Positions 48,486 to 61,085 of a stretch of 64,000 bases of DNA are shown one piece after another. Numbering within the stretch: position 1 is the stretch's first letter; each line of letters begins with the position of its first letter. This DNA comes from Tardiphaga sp. (GTDB lineage Bacteria; Pseudomonadota; Alphaproteobacteria; Rhizobiales; Xanthobacteraceae). A program made the translations under genes and the position numbers. The stretch lies in the NCBI GenBank assembly GCA_036561845.1, contig DATCUS010000223.1:7965-71964 (forward strand). The letters run 5' to 3'. The notes under the pieces are model-generated. The model had not been told where the DNA came from. It saw nothing but the letters and a program-made list of their open reading frames with translations, and did no database searches.

Positions 48486-49436
48486 ATGACCAAGGGTTTC
48501 GCATCCACCACCGACATGGCGGAAAAGAAGATCACCTTTTCCGAGATCGGCACCGACCTGTTCGCCTTCACCGCGGAAGGCGATCCGAACTCGGCCGTCA
48601 TCGTCGGCGACGATGGCTGCATCGTATTCGACGCCCAGGCGACGCCGGCGCTGGCCAACAAGGTGATCGAGCGGGTGCGCACCGTCACCGACAAGCCGAT
48701 CAAATATGTCGTGCTGTCGCATTATCATGCGGTGCGCGTGCTCGGCGCCTCCGCCTTTCATGCCGAAGCGGTGGTGTCGTCCAGCGAAACCCGCCGGCTG
48801 GTGGCGGAGCGCGGCCAGCAGGACTGGGATTCCGAATTCGGCCGCTTTCCGCGCCTGTTCCAGGGCTCCGAAAGCATTCCCGGCCTGACCTGGCCGACGC
48901 TCACTTTCGAAGGCGAGATGTCGATCTTTCTCGGCAAGCGCGAGGTGCGACTGATGCAACTCGGCGCCGGTCATACCTCTGGCGATATCGTCGCCTGGGT
49001 GCCGGACGCCGAGGTGATGTTCTCCGGCGACCTGATCGAATATCACTCGGCCTGCTATTGCGGCGACGCCATGCTGCGCGAATGGCCGTCGACGCTGAAC
49101 GAGATACGCGACTTCAACCCCAAGGCCATCGCGCCCGGCCGCGGCGACGCGCTAAAGGGGACGGCCACCACCCGCGAGGCCATCGCCATGACCCGCGATT
49201 TCGTCAGCACGCTGTATGGCGCCGCGGAAATCTCGGTGGCCAAGGGCCGTTCGCTGAAGGAGACCATGGCGGCGTGTCGCGAGGTGATGGACCCGAAGTT
49301 CTCTTCATTCGCCATCTACGAGCACTGCCTGCCGTTCAACGTGTCGCGGGCTTTCGATGAAGCCTCGGGCATCGACGATCCGGTGATCTGGACCGACAAG
49401 CGCGACCGCGAGATGTGGGCTGCGCTGCAGGGATGA
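48486..49436 (+). CDS. MBL-fold protein with degenerate metal motif
   Basis: SHYHAVR in place of HxHxDH, plus GHTSGD and FSGDL. Confidence 0.88.
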   Translation: MTKGFASTTDMAEKKITFSEIGTDLFAFTAEGDPNSAVIVGDDGCIVFDAQATPALANKVIERVRTVTDKPIKYVVLSHYHAVRVLGASAFHAEAVVSSSETRRLVAERGQQDWDSEFGRFPRLFQGSESIPGLTWPTLTFEGEMSIFLGKREVRLMQLGAGHTSGDIVAWVPDAEVMFSGDLIEYHSACYCGDAMLREWPSTLNEIRDFNPKAIAPGRGDALKGTATTREAIAMTRDFVSTLYGAAEISVAKGRSLKETMAACREVMDPKFSSFAIYEHCLPFNVSRAFDEASGIDDPVIWTDKRDREMWAALQG

Positions 49437-49458
49437 TACGGCTGCAAAGGAGGATGAC

Positions 49459-50805
49459 ATGAACATCACGACATCACCGGATCTGATCGGCCGCAGCGTC
49501 ACCGGCGTGACGCCGGGCTACATGTCCGGCTTCGGCAACAGCTTCGAGACCGAAGCCTTGCCGGGCGCGCTGCCGGTGGGCCGCAACTCGCCGCAGCGGG
49601 CCGCCTACGGGCTCTATGCCGAGCAACTGTCCGGCTCGCCGTTCACCGCGCCGCGCGGCAGCAACGAGCGGTCCTGGCTGTACCGCATCCGGCCCTCGGT
49701 GAAGCACTCCGGTCGCTTCACGAAGGTCGATGCGAAACTGTGGCGCACCGCGCCGTGCTTTGAGCAGGACATCAGCATCGAGCAGCTGCGCTGGGACCCG
49801 GCGCCGATCCCGAAGGAGGATATGACCTTCCTGCAGGGCGTGCAGACCATGACCACCGCCGGCGACGCCGGGGCGCAAGGCGGCATGGCCGCGCATGTCT
49901 ATCTGATCACCCAATCGATGGTCGACCAGCATTTCTACAATGCCGACGGCGAGCTGATGTTCGTGCCGCAGCAGGGCAGCTTGCGCTTCGTCACCGAGTT
50001 CGGCGTCATCGATGCGGAGCCGGCGGAGATCGTGGTGATCCCGCGCGGCATCAAGTTTCGCGTCGAGCTGACCAACGGTCCGGCGCGCGGCTATCTGTGC
50101 GAAAACTATGGCGGCGCCTTCACGCTGCCGGAGCGCGGCCCGATCGGCGCCAATTGCCTGGCCAATGCGCGCGACTTCCTCACGCCAGTGGCGGCCTACG
50201 AGGACAAGGACACGCCGACCGAACTCTTTGTGAAGTGGGGCGGTTCGCTGTTCATGACAAAGCTGCCGCATTCGCCCATCGACGTGGTGGCGTGGCATGG
50301 CAACTACGCGCCGTACAAATATGACCTGCGCACCTTTTCGCCGGTGGGCGCCATCGGCTTCGACCATCCGGATCCGTCGATCTTCACCGTGCTGACCTCG
50401 CCGTCGGACACCGCCGGCACCGCCAATATCGACTTCGTGATCTTTCCGGAGCGCTGGATGGTAGCGGAAAACACGTTTAGGCCGCCATGGTATCACATGA
50501 ACATCATGTCGGAATTCATGGGGCTGATCTACGGCGTCTACGACGCCAAGCCGCAGGGTTTTGTCCCCGGCGGCATCAGCCTGCATAACATGATGCTGCC
50601 GCACGGCCCGGACCGGGAGGCCTTCGACCACGCCAGCAATGGTGAGCTGAAGCCGGTCAAGCTGACCGGCACCATGGCCTTCATGTTCGAGACCCGCTAT
50701 CCGCAGCGCATCACGACGCATGCCGCCAATTCGGCGACGCTGCAGAGCGACTATGCGGATTGCTGGAAGGGGTTGGAGAAGCGGTTCGATCCGAACAAGC
50801 GCTGA
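49459..50805 (+). CDS. hmgA: Homogentisate 1,2-dioxygenase
   Basis: [34 protein letters not shown] and [12 protein letters not shown]. Confidence 0.96.
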   Translation: MNITTSPDLIGRSVTGVTPGYMSGFGNSFETEALPGALPVGRNSPQRAAYGLYAEQLSGSPFTAPRGSNERSWLYRIRPSVKHSGRFTKVDAKLWRTAPCFEQDISIEQLRWDPAPIPKEDMTFLQGVQTMTTAGDAGAQGGMAAHVYLITQSMVDQHFYNADGELMFVPQQGSLRFVTEFGVIDAEPAEIVVIPRGIKFRVELTNGPARGYLCENYGGAFTLPERGPIGANCLANARDFLTPVAAYEDKDTPTELFVKWGGSLFMTKLPHSPIDVVAWHGNYAPYKYDLRTFSPVGAIGFDHPDPSIFTVLTSPSDTAGTANIDFVIFPERWMVAENTFRPPWYHMNIMSEFMGLIYGVYDAKPQGFVPGGISLHNMMLPHGPDREAFDHASNGELKPVKLTGTMAFMFETRYPQRITTHAANSATLQSDYADCWKGLEKRFDPNKR

Positions 50806-50814
50806 TCTTTCTCA

Positions 50815-50946
50815 CCTCTCCCCGCCCTTTGCGGGGAGAGGTCGACCGGCGAAGCCGGTCGGGTGAGGGGCGAGGCACGCCATCTCCACATCTCCAACTT
50901 CGCGGATCGGAAGAACCCCTCTCCCCGCAAGCGCGGGGCGAGGGGG
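50815..50946. repeat. Family A REP-like composite element
   Basis: Near-identical 5' and 3' modules to the 30343 copy, with a different core. Confidence 0.85.
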
Positions 50947-50965
50947 CGCACCGCCGGTGCGAATC

Positions 50966-51439
50966 TTACCCCGCCGCCTTCAGCGGCAGCCGCGACGTCT
51001 CCTTGATCCGGTCCAGCACGATCGACGAGCGCACATGGGCCACGCTCTGATGCGGCATCAGCACGTTGTTGACGATATCCGACAGGCTCTTGAGATCGCG
51101 CAGCACCGCCTTCAACAGGTAGTCGGCATCGCCGGTCAGCGAATAGGCCTCCTGGATATCGTCGGTGCGGGTGACCAGCGCGCGAAACTTCTTCGCGTTG
51201 TCGGGCGAATGGGTCGCCAGCGTGATGTGAATGAAGGCGATGACGTTGAAGCCGAGCGCCTCGCTTGAGAGGTCGGCGTGGTAGCCGGAGATCATCTCGG
51301 CCTCCTCCAGCCGCATCCGCCGCCGCGAGCATTGCGACGCCGACAGTCCGGCGACATCGGCGAGCTGCTGGTTGGTCAGCCGACCGTCGTCCTGCAGCGC
51401 GGCCAGGATTTTCAGGTCGAAGGCATCCACCGGGATCAT
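50966..51439 (-). CDS. Lrp/AsnC family regulator
   Basis: DLKILAALQDDGRLTNQQLA HTH and AYSLTGDADYLL. Confidence 0.92.
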   Translation of the reverse strand: MIPVDAFDLKILAALQDDGRLTNQQLADVAGLSASQCSRRRMRLEEAEMISGYHADLSSEALGFNVIAFIHITLATHSPDNAKKFRALVTRTDDIQEAYSLTGDADYLLKAVLRDLKSLSDIVNNVLMPHQSVAHVRSSIVLDRIKETSRLPLKAAG

Positions 51440-51564
51440 GCGTCAAAACCCTCTTTCATGCACGAAGCGTGCATGACCATGCCACACTTGCTGCCCGTTT
51501 GCATGCACCTTGCAGCCAAAGCGACCGACACTCCCTGTCAGCAAATCAGTTCAGGGAGATCACC

Positions 51565-52683
<1,119 letters not shown>

Positions 52684-52694
52684 GTCGGCAGCTT

Positions 52695-52805
52695 GTAGGG
52701 TGGGCAAAGACACCGATCGCGCGAAGCGCGATGGTGGCGTACCCACCATGTCAAACGCAGCGCGTGATGGTGGGTACGGCGCAAGTGCGCCTTTGCCCAC
52801 CCTAC
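52695..52805. repeat. GTAG-type REP doublet
   Basis: GTAGGGTGGGCAAA…TTTGCCCACCCTAC termini with inner GTACCCACCAT/ATGGTGGGTAC. Confidence 0.88.
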
Positions 52806-53929
52806 GCCTTCCACTCCTTCACCACGTCGCCCAATTCCACCATCACCGGCATTCGTACCGACGAGGGCGTCCGTGAAAACCGCGGCGCCGGGGCAGGCTG
52901 GGTGTGGCCGTCATGCTGGATGAACACTTCGCGCGCCACCATGTGCGGATGCTGTGTCGCCTCCGACATGGTCAGCACCGGCGCGAAGCAGACGTCGGTG
53001 CCTTCCATGATGGCGCACCATTCGTCGCGGCTTTTGGTCTTGAACACGTCCGTCAGGCGCTGCTTCAGCGTCGCCCATTGGGTCTGGTCCATCTGTGCAT
53101 CGAAGCAGATATCGCCAAGCCCGGCGAGTTCGCGCAGTTGCGCGTAGAACTGCGGCTCGATTGAGCCGATGGAGATGAAGTGGCCGCAGCTGCATTCGTA
53201 GACGCCATAGAAATGCGCGCCGCCGTCGAGCATGTTGCTCTCGCGACCTTCTTTCCAGCGGCCGGCCGCGGTCATGTCGAAGAACATGGTGATGAGCGAT
53301 GCCGCGCCGTCGCACATGGCGGCGTCCACCACCTGGCCCCGGCCGGATCTGCCGGCCTCGAGCAGTGCGGCCAGCAGGCCCATCACCAGATACAACGAGC
53401 CGCCGCCGAAATCGCCGACCAGATTCAGCGGCGGCACCGGTCTGTCGGCGCCGCCGATGGCGGCAAGCGCGCCGGTGATCGAGATGTAGTTGATGTCGTG
53501 GCCGGCGGCCTGGGCCAGCGGGCCGCTCTGGCCCCAGCCGGTCATGCGGCCATAGACCAGTTTTGGGTTGCGGCCGAGCACCAAATCCGGCCCGAGGCCG
53601 AGCCGCTCCATCACGCCCGGCCGATAGCCCTCGATCAGCGCGTCGGCGCCGTCGAGCAGCGCCAGCACGCCGGCGACCGAGGATTTGTCCTTGAGATCGA
53701 CCGCGACAATCTTGCGCCCGCGCGCGGAAGCGCCTTTGGGTGTCTGGCCGGCGCGCACCAGCGTGATCACCTCGGCGCCCATGTCGGCCAGCAGCATGCA
53801 AGCGAACGGACCCGGCCCGATGCCGGCGAATTCGACAATGCGGATGCCGGCCAGCGGCCCGGTCGGTTTGGTGGCGGTTTGCGGCTGAACTGAAGCGGTC
53901 ACGATGTCCTGCACCCCGAGGTTTCCCAT
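52802..53929 (-). CDS. CaiB/BaiF CoA-transferase family protein (alpha-methylacyl-CoA racemase-like)
   Basis: GIGPGPF, EGYRPGVMERLGLG, GHDINY and PAPAPRFSRTP. Confidence 0.9.
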   Translation of the reverse strand: MGNLGVQDIVTASVQPQTATKPTGPLAGIRIVEFAGIGPGPFACMLLADMGAEVITLVRAGQTPKGASARGRKIVAVDLKDKSSVAGVLALLDGADALIEGYRPGVMERLGLGPDLVLGRNPKLVYGRMTGWGQSGPLAQAAGHDINYISITGALAAIGGADRPVPPLNLVGDFGGGSLYLVMGLLAALLEAGRSGRGQVVDAAMCDGAASLITMFFDMTAAGRWKEGRESNMLDGGAHFYGVYECSCGHFISIGSIEPQFYAQLRELAGLGDICFDAQMDQTQWATLKQRLTDVFKTKSRDEWCAIMEGTDVCFAPVLTMSEATQHPHMVAREVFIQHDGHTQPAPAPRFSRTPSSVRMPVMVELGDVVKEWKA

Positions 53930-54070
53930 GTTGCGTCGCTTGGCGCGGCGTCATCTGTGCGGGAAACTGTCTATGCTGGCACGGGTGAGGGCAAGGGACT
54001 TTTGGCCGCGGCAGCGCATGGCGGTATGCGTGAGGCGTAACGTGGATACGCTGTTTCGTAACATTCTCCA

Positions 54071-54211
54071 CTGTCATCGCCCGGCCAGGCGCGCAAATGC
54101 GCGTCGGGACCGGGCGATCCAGTGATCGGAGCGGGAGCTGTTCTGGAAAGCAGCGTTCTCATTGCAAAGGTCGAGTCTACTGGGTCGCCCGGTCAAGCCG
54201 GGCGACGACAG
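54071..54211. repeat. GTCATCGCCCGG-type palindromic element
   Basis: Terminal inverted repeats CTGTCATCGCCCGGC / GCCGGGCGACGACAG, with inner GGGCGATCCAGT / ACTGGGTCGCCC. Confidence 0.85.
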
Positions 54212-54248
54212 TTGTGCCGTCCGTCGACGCTGTGCTCCAGCTCGGACT

Positions 54249-55049
54249 TTACCCCGCTTCGGCCACCGCGCGCTGCGCCATCACCTTGATCAGGTTGGCG
54301 CGGTAGTCGGACGAGCCGTGGATGTCGGCCATCAGCCCGTCCGGGGAGATGGTGATGCCGTCGAGTGCCGACGCCGACCAGTTGGCCTTCAGTGCCGCCT
54401 CGATGGCCGGCACCCGCATCACGCCGTGCTGCGATGCGCCGGTGGCGGCGACGCGGACATCGCCGGCCCTGGTCTTGACCACGAACACGCCGGTGAGCGC
54501 AAAGCGCGACGCCGGGTGGCGCATCTTGGAATAGGCCGCCTTGGCGGGGATCGGGAACGACACCGCGGTGATGATCTCGTTGTCCTCCAGCGCGGTGGAG
54601 AACAGGCCCTGGAAGAATTCATCCGCCGGGATCAGCCGCTTGCTGGTCATCACCGTGGCGCCGAGCGCCAGCACCGCGGCGGGATAGTCGGCAGCGGGAT
54701 CGTTGTTGGCGATGGATCCGCCGATGGTGCCGCGATGGCGCACCTGGGGGTCGCCGAGCACCGAGGTCAGGTGCACGATCGCCGGGATCGCCTTCTGCGC
54801 GGCGGCGCTTTGCAGGATGTCGAAGTAGGTGGTGGCCGCCTTGATAATCAGCGCGTCGGCGGTGACCTCGATGCCGATCAGATCCTTGATCCTGCCGAGG
54901 TCGATGACGTCGCTGGGCGCGGCGAGGCGCTGCTTCATCACCGGGATCAGCGTATGGCCGCCGGCGAGATATTTGGCGTCGGTGCCCTTGGCGAACAGCG
55001 CGGCGGCTTCGTCGATGCTGGCGGGGCGGTGGTAGGTGGTCTCGTACAT
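54249..55049 (-). CDS. coxM: CoxM/CutM FAD-binding subunit (xanthine dehydrogenase family)
   Basis: LAGGHTL, RHRGTIGGS and NNDPAADYP. Confidence 0.9.
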   Translation of the reverse strand: MYETTYHRPASIDEAAALFAKGTDAKYLAGGHTLIPVMKQRLAAPSDVIDLGRIKDLIGIEVTADALIIKAATTYFDILQSAAAQKAIPAIVHLTSVLGDPQVRHRGTIGGSIANNDPAADYPAAVLALGATVMTSKRLIPADEFFQGLFSTALEDNEIITAVSFPIPAKAAYSKMRHPASRFALTGVFVVKTRAGDVRVAATGASQHGVMRVPAIEAALKANWSASALDGITISPDGLMADIHGSSDYRANLIKVMAQRAVAEAG

Positions 55050-55060
55050 GGTGCTGCTCC

Positions 55061-57415
55061 TTACTCTGCCGCCTGCTGCAACTGGATGGCATGCCAGACC
55101 CGGTCGGGGGTCGCCGGCATCTCGAGCCGGTTGTGGCCGATGGCGTCGGTGATGGCGTTGATCACCGCCGCCGAGGAGCCGATGGCGCCGGCCTCGCCGC
55201 AGCCCTTCACGCCGAGCGGATTGCCCGGGCAGAGCGTGGTGGTGTGCGACAGCTTGAACGACGGCAGGTCGTCGGCGCGCGGCATGGTGTAGTCCATGAA
55301 CGACGCGGTCACGAGCTGGCCGCTGTCGTCATAGACCGCGCCTTCGAGGATCGCCTGCCCGATGCCCTGGGCGAGGCCGCCATGGACCTGACCTTCGACG
55401 ATCATCGGATTGATCAGGCGTCCGAAATCGTCGGCGGCGACGAAGTTGACGAAGTGGGTCTTGCCGGTGCCGGCGTCGACCTCGATCTCGCAGATGTAGC
55501 AGCCCGCCGGGAAGGTAAAGTTGGTGGGATCGTAGAACGCGCCCTCCTTGAGCCCGGGCTCCATGCCGTCCGGCAGGTTGTGGGCGGTGTAGGCGGCGAG
55601 CGCAACCATCGCCAGCGCGATCGACTTGTCGGTGCCGGTCACCTTGAACTCGCCGTTCTCGATGACGATGTCGTCCTCGGAGGCTTCGAGCTGGTGCGCC
55701 GCGATCTTCTTGGCCTTGGCCTCGACCTTCTCCATCGCCTTGAAGATCGCGGACATGCCCACCGCGGCCGAGCGCGAGCCATAGGTGCCCATGCCGAACT
55801 GCACCTTGTCGGTGTCGCCATGGACGATCTGCACCTGATCGACGGAGATGCCGAGGCGCCCGGCAACCAGTTGCGCGAAGGTGGTCTCGTGGCCCTGGCC
55901 GTGGCTGTGCGAGCCGGTCAGCACCTCGATGGTGCCGACGGGATTGACGCGGACCTCGGCGGATTCCCACAGGCCGACGCCGGCGCCGAGGCTGCCGACC
56001 GCTTTCGACGGCGCGATGCCGCAGGCCTCGATATAGCAGGACAGGCCGATGCCGCGCAGCTTGCCTTCGGCTTTCGCCTTGGCCTTGCGCGCCGGGAAGC
56101 CGGCATAGTCGATCGCCTTCATGGCGGCATCCAGCGAGGCGCCGAAATCGCCGACATCATAGGCCATGATCACCGGGGTCTGGTGCGGGAACTGGGTGAT
56201 GAAATTCTTGCGCCGCAGCTCGGCCGGATCGACCTTGAACTGCCGCGCCGCGGTTTCCATCATCCGCTCCAGCAGGTAGCTGGCTTCCGGGCGCCCGGCG
56301 CCGCGATAGGCATCTACCGGCGTGGTGTTGGTGTAGACACCCATCACCTCGGCATAGATCGCCGGGATGTTGTACTGGCCGGACAAAAGCGTGGCGTAGA
56401 GATAGGTCGGCACCGACGACGAGAACAGCGACATATAGGCGCCGAAATTCGCGTGGGTCTTGACCCGCAGGCCGAGAATTTTGTTGTTGGCGTCGAACGC
56501 CATCTCGGCATGGGAGACATGGTCGCGGCCATGGGCGTCGGTGAGGAAGGCTTCCGAGCGGTCGCCGGTCCACTTCACGGGGCGGCGCACCTTCTTGGAA
56601 GCCCACAGCGCCACCATCTCCTCCGGATAGATGAAGATCTTCGAGCCGAATCCGCCGCCGACGTCGGGGGCGACCACGCGCAGCTTGTGCTCCGGCGCGA
56701 TGTTGTAGAACGCCGACAGCACCAGCCGCGCCACATGCGGATTCTGCGACGTGGTATGAAGCGTAAAATGCTCCTCGGCGTCGTTGTATTCGGCGATGGC
56801 CGCCCGCGGCTCCATGGCGTTGGGCACCAGCCGGTTGTTGGTCAGCTCCAGCGACACCACGTTGGCGGCCTTGGCGAAGGCGTCGTTGACGGCCTTCTCG
56901 TCGCCGATCGCCCAGTCATAGACCACATTGCCCGGCGCTTCCGGATGCAGCTGCGGCGCGCCCGGCGCGATCGCCGCCTTTATATTGGCGGCGGCGGGCA
57001 ATTCCTCATAGGTCACCACCACGGCCTCGGCGGCGTCGCGGGCCTGGTTCTTGGTCTCGGCGATCACCACCGCCACCGCCTGTCCGGCGAAGCGCACCAC
57101 CTCCGGCGCCATCGCCGGCCAAGCCCCCATCTTCATCGGCGTGCCGTCCTTGGAATGCACCGCCCAGCCGCAGATCAGGTTGCCGACCTTGTCGTCGACG
57201 ATCTGCTGGCCGGTCAGCACGTCGACCACCCCCGGCATCGCCTTGGCGGCGGTGGCGTCGATGCCCTTCACTCTGGCGTGGGCGTAGGGGCTGCGGACGA
57301 AATGCGCATGGGTCAGACCCATGACCTTGATGTCGTCCACGTAACGGCCGCGGCCGGTGATGAAGCGACGGTCTTCCTTGCGCACGACGCTTGCGCCAAT
57401 GCCTTCAACGCCCAT
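55061..57415 (-). CDS. coxL: Form II CoxL-like molybdenum hydroxylase large subunit
   Basis: GGGFGSK, active-site loop AYRGAGR (form II rather than form I AYxCSFR) and KGCGEAG. Confidence 0.9.
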   Translation of the reverse strand: MGVEGIGASVVRKEDRRFITGRGRYVDDIKVMGLTHAHFVRSPYAHARVKGIDATAAKAMPGVVDVLTGQQIVDDKVGNLICGWAVHSKDGTPMKMGAWPAMAPEVVRFAGQAVAVVIAETKNQARDAAEAVVVTYEELPAAANIKAAIAPGAPQLHPEAPGNVVYDWAIGDEKAVNDAFAKAANVVSLELTNNRLVPNAMEPRAAIAEYNDAEEHFTLHTTSQNPHVARLVLSAFYNIAPEHKLRVVAPDVGGGFGSKIFIYPEEMVALWASKKVRRPVKWTGDRSEAFLTDAHGRDHVSHAEMAFDANNKILGLRVKTHANFGAYMSLFSSSVPTYLYATLLSGQYNIPAIYAEVMGVYTNTTPVDAYRGAGRPEASYLLERMMETAARQFKVDPAELRRKNFITQFPHQTPVIMAYDVGDFGASLDAAMKAIDYAGFPARKAKAKAEGKLRGIGLSCYIEACGIAPSKAVGSLGAGVGLWESAEVRVNPVGTIEVLTGSHSHGQGHETTFAQLVAGRLGISVDQVQIVHGDTDKVQFGMGTYGSRSAAVGMSAIFKAMEKVEAKAKKIAAHQLEASEDDIVIENGEFKVTGTDKSIALAMVALAAYTAHNLPDGMEPGLKEGAFYDPTNFTFPAGCYICEIEVDAGTGKTHFVNFVAADDFGRLINPMIVEGQVHGGLAQGIGQAILEGAVYDDSGQLVTASFMDYTMPRADDLPSFKLSHTTTLCPGNPLGVKGCGEAGAIGSSAAVINAITDAIGHNRLEMPATPDRVWHAIQLQQAAE

Positions 57416-57507
57416 GATGCTCTCCCTGTCGGACCGCGTCGCCCGCGCTTCACAGCGTCGGGCCGCCGTCACTTTGTTAGTTCACAATCGAATTCGCGCG
57501 CGCCGGA

Positions 57508-57993
<486 letters not shown>

Positions 57994-58227
57994 GTGCAAC
58001 CTCCCGATACTTTTTAATTGTTCCAATTAGAAGCGCGCGCCGAAAACTTTGCAACCGGGAAATTGGTTGGGGGTGTCATCGGGATGTCGCGTGGTGGGTC
58101 GTCCCTGCGCACCCCGCCTGCAAATTTGTGGCTTTATGCGCCGGTGGCTTGATGCTCTATTCGCGCTGCAATAAATGCGGCGGCGCGCGGCCGGCTGAGA
58201 ACAATATTCCGCGACGGGGAGTTTTGG

Positions 58228-58899
58228 GTGATCGACAAGCAAGTGCAGACTCTGGGCGATGCGGTGGCGGGAGTGGCCGATGGCGCCACCGTGCTGGTGG
58301 CGGGATTTGGCGCGGTAGGGGTCGCCGACGACCTGCTGGAAGCGCTGCACGCGCAGGGCGCCCGCGAACTGACCATCGTCGCCAACAATGCCGGCAACGG
58401 CGATGTCGGCCTGGCCCGGCTGATCAATTCCGGCCGGGTGCGCAAGGTGATCTGCTCCTATCCGCGCTCCGGCGACTACAGCGCCTTCCTTAACGCCTAT
58501 CGCGACAAGACCCTGGAGCTCGAACTGGTGCCGCAGGGCACCATCTCCGAGCGGATGCGCTGCCATGCCGCCGGCCTCGGCGGCTTCTTCTCGCCGGTGT
58601 CGGCCGGGACGAAACTCGCCGACGGCAAGGAGACCCGCGAGATCGATGGCAGACTGCACGTGTTCGAGAAGCCGCTGAAGGGCGACATCGCGCTGCTGCG
58701 CGCCGACAAGGCCGACCGTTGGGGCAACCTGACCTACATCAAGTCAGCACGGAATTTTAATCCGGTGATGGCCATGGCCGCCGACCTCAGCGTCGTGCAG
58801 GTCAATGAAATGGTCGAGCTCGGATCGCTCGATCCCGAAGCGGTGGTGACACCGAGCATCTTCATCGACCGTGTCGTCGTCGTCGGAGCAAACGTATGA
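58228..58899 (+). CDS. pcaI: 3-oxoacid CoA-transferase subunit A
   Basis: MIDKQV…GGF-like AGFG, NNAG, PQGTISER and DRWGNL. Confidence 0.85.
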   Translation: MIDKQVQTLGDAVAGVADGATVLVAGFGAVGVADDLLEALHAQGARELTIVANNAGNGDVGLARLINSGRVRKVICSYPRSGDYSAFLNAYRDKTLELELVPQGTISERMRCHAAGLGGFFSPVSAGTKLADGKETREIDGRLHVFEKPLKGDIALLRADKADRWGNLTYIKSARNFNPVMAMAADLSVVQVNEMVELGSLDPEAVVTPSIFIDRVVVVGANV

Positions 58900-59603
58900 C
58901 TACATCTGATAAGACTTTGAACTACAAGCCGCTCACCCGCGAACAGATGGCCTGGCGCGCGGCACAGGACCTGCCGGAAGGCGCCTTCGTCAATCTCGGC
59001 ATCGGCATCCCGACGCTGGCGGCGAGCTATGTGCCGGCGGGCCGCGAGGTGATCTTCCACAGCGAGAACGGCATTCTGGGGCTCGGCCCCAAGCCCGAAC
59101 CTGGCTTGGAAGACGAGAATCTGATCGACGCCGGCAAGAACTACACCACGCTGATCACCGGCGGCGTGTTCATGCATCATGCCGATGCCTTTCTCATGAT
59201 CCGCGGCGGCCATCTCGACATCAGCCTGCTCGGTGCCTTCGAAGTGTCGGAGGCGGGCGATCTCGCCAACTGGACCACCGAGGACCCGTCGTTCCCGCCT
59301 GGCGTCGGCGGCGCCATGGATCTCGCGGTCGGCGCCAAGGCGATCCGCGTCATCATGGATCACACCGACAAGAAGGGGAATCCGCGCATCCTCAGGCACT
59401 GCACTCTGCCGCTCACCGCGGCGGGCTGCGTCAAGCGCATCTACACCAACCTCGCGGTGATCGACGTCACCCCGCAGGGCCTGTTCGTGGTGGAGATGGT
59501 CGACGGCATGACGCTGGAGAAATTGCAGAGCCTTACCGAGCCGCAGCTGCAGCTCGCCAATAGCTGGCAGGCATTGTCACCGCCGGCAGCGATGGCGGCG
59601 TAG
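58896..59603 (+). CDS. pcaJ: 3-oxoacid CoA-transferase subunit B
   Basis: VNLGIGIPT, HSENG (catalytic Glu) and GGAMDL. ATGA coupling to subunit A. Confidence 0.85.
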   Translation: MTTSDKTLNYKPLTREQMAWRAAQDLPEGAFVNLGIGIPTLAASYVPAGREVIFHSENGILGLGPKPEPGLEDENLIDAGKNYTTLITGGVFMHHADAFLMIRGGHLDISLLGAFEVSEAGDLANWTTEDPSFPPGVGGAMDLAVGAKAIRVIMDHTDKKGNPRILRHCTLPLTAAGCVKRIYTNLAVIDVTPQGLFVVEMVDGMTLEKLQSLTEPQLQLANSWQALSPPAAMAA

Positions 59604-59618
59604 AGCTTCGCCCGGAGC

Positions 59619-59779
59619 GCCCCCTCCCTAACCCTCCCCCGCAAGCGGGAGAGGGGACTCGCAGCGTTCGTGGCCGGCGCCGCGGGCATGCTTACAATCG
59701 AATAATAACTCAACTCGCACCTGCAACACGGCGCCGCCTGCTCCCTCTCCCGCTTGCGGGGGAGGGCCGGGGAGGGGGC
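59619..59779. repeat. Inverted pair of family A-related hairpin units
   Basis: CCCCCTCCCTAACCCTCCCCCGCAAGCGGGAGAGGG (59620-59655) and its near reverse complement (59741-59779). Confidence 0.82.
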
Positions 59780-59796
59780 AGCCGCAAGCGGCGGCG

Positions 59797-60993
59797 TTAT
59801 GCTGTCTTCAGCGCCGCCTCGAGATCCTCGATCAGGTCGTCCCTGTGCTCCAGCCCGGTGGAGAACCGGATAAAACCTTCGCTGATGCCGAGTTCGGCGC
59901 GGGCTTCGATGGGTAGGCGCTGATGCGTCGTGGTGGCTGGATGCGTCACCAGGCTCTTGGAATCGCCGAGATTGTTGGAGATCCGCGTCAGCTTCAATGC
60001 GTTGAGCACGCGGAACGCCGCGGGCTTGCCGCCCTTGACCTCGAAGCCGATCAGCGTCGAACCGGCGCGCATCTGCTTCTTCACCAGTGCGGCCTGCGGA
60101 TGGTCGGCGCGGCCGGGATAGATCAGCCGCGAGATCTTCGGATGCGCGGCGAGGGCATCGGCGATGGCTCCGGCGCTCTCGGTCTGCTGCTTGACGCGGA
60201 TCGCCAGCGTCTCCAGTCCCTTCACCAATACCCAGGCATTGAACGGCGAGATCGCCGGGCCGGTCTGGCGCAGGTAGTTGTGGATGTGCTCCTGGATGAA
60301 GTCTTTGGAGCCGAGGATGATGCCGCCGAGGCAGCGGCCCTGACCGTCGATGTGCTTGGTCGCGGAGTACACCACGACATCGGCGCCGAGCGTCAGCGGG
60401 CTCTGCCAGATCGGCGTCGCGAACACGTTGTCGACGATCAGCCGCGCGCCGCCGGCGTGGGCGATCGCGGCGATGGCGGGAATGTCGAGCACGTCCAGGG
60501 TCGGATTGGTCGGGCTTTCCAGGAAGCAGCTCTTGGTGTTCGGGCGCATCGCCTTTTGCCAGGCGTCGAGATCGAGGCCGTCGACCAGTGTGAACTCGAT
60601 GCCGTACCGCGGCAGCAGCTCTTCCACCACGTAGCGGCAGGAGCCGAACAGCTGCTTGGAGGCGACGACGTGATCGCCGATGCGCAGCGGCGCCAGGATG
60701 GCGGCGGTGACAGCGGCCATGCCGGTGGCGGTGGCGCGGCCGGCCTCCGCGCCTTCGAGGTCGATCATCCGGCTCTCGAACATCGAAATGTTCGGATTGG
60801 AGAAGCGCGAATAGATGAAGCCGGGCTCCTCGCCCTTGAAGCGCGCTTCGCACTGTTCGGCGCTGTCGTAGACAAAGCCCTGGGTCAGGAACAGCGCCTC
60901 GGAGGTCTCGCCGAATTGCGAGCGCAGCATGCCGGCGTGGACGAGGCGGGTTTCGGGGCGATAGGGGGCGTTGTTGGATTTGGTCTCGGACAT
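59797..60993 (-). CDS. metZ: O-succinylhomoserine sulfhydrylase
   Basis: SQFGETSEALFLTQG, YSRFSNPN, YSATKHIDGQGR and NNLGDSKSL. Confidence 0.94.
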   Translation of the reverse strand: MSETKSNNAPYRPETRLVHAGMLRSQFGETSEALFLTQGFVYDSAEQCEARFKGEEPGFIYSRFSNPNISMFESRMIDLEGAEAGRATATGMAAVTAAILAPLRIGDHVVASKQLFGSCRYVVEELLPRYGIEFTLVDGLDLDAWQKAMRPNTKSCFLESPTNPTLDVLDIPAIAAIAHAGGARLIVDNVFATPIWQSPLTLGADVVVYSATKHIDGQGRCLGGIILGSKDFIQEHIHNYLRQTGPAISPFNAWVLVKGLETLAIRVKQQTESAGAIADALAAHPKISRLIYPGRADHPQAALVKKQMRAGSTLIGFEVKGGKPAAFRVLNALKLTRISNNLGDSKSLVTHPATTTHQRLPIEARAELGISEGFIRFSTGLEHRDDLIEDLEAALKTA

Positions 60994-61028
60994 GTGATCT
61001 CCCATCGTGGGCGCCTTGCAGCAGCCAC

Positions 61029-61062
61029 AAAAAAACCGGCCTGGACGAACGTCCAACGGCCG
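61029..61062 (-). terminator. Intrinsic terminator in the metZ leader
   Basis: Minus strand CCGGCCGTTGGAC-GTTC-GTCCAGGCCGG followed by T7. Confidence 0.75.
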
Positions 61063-61085
61063 GGATCACACATGCGTCCCCGGCC

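Noticed and set aside
55061-57415. Evidence for bona fide aerobic CO dehydrogenase
   Set aside because: The active-site loop is AYRGAGR, not form I AYxCSFR, and there are no cox accessory genes.
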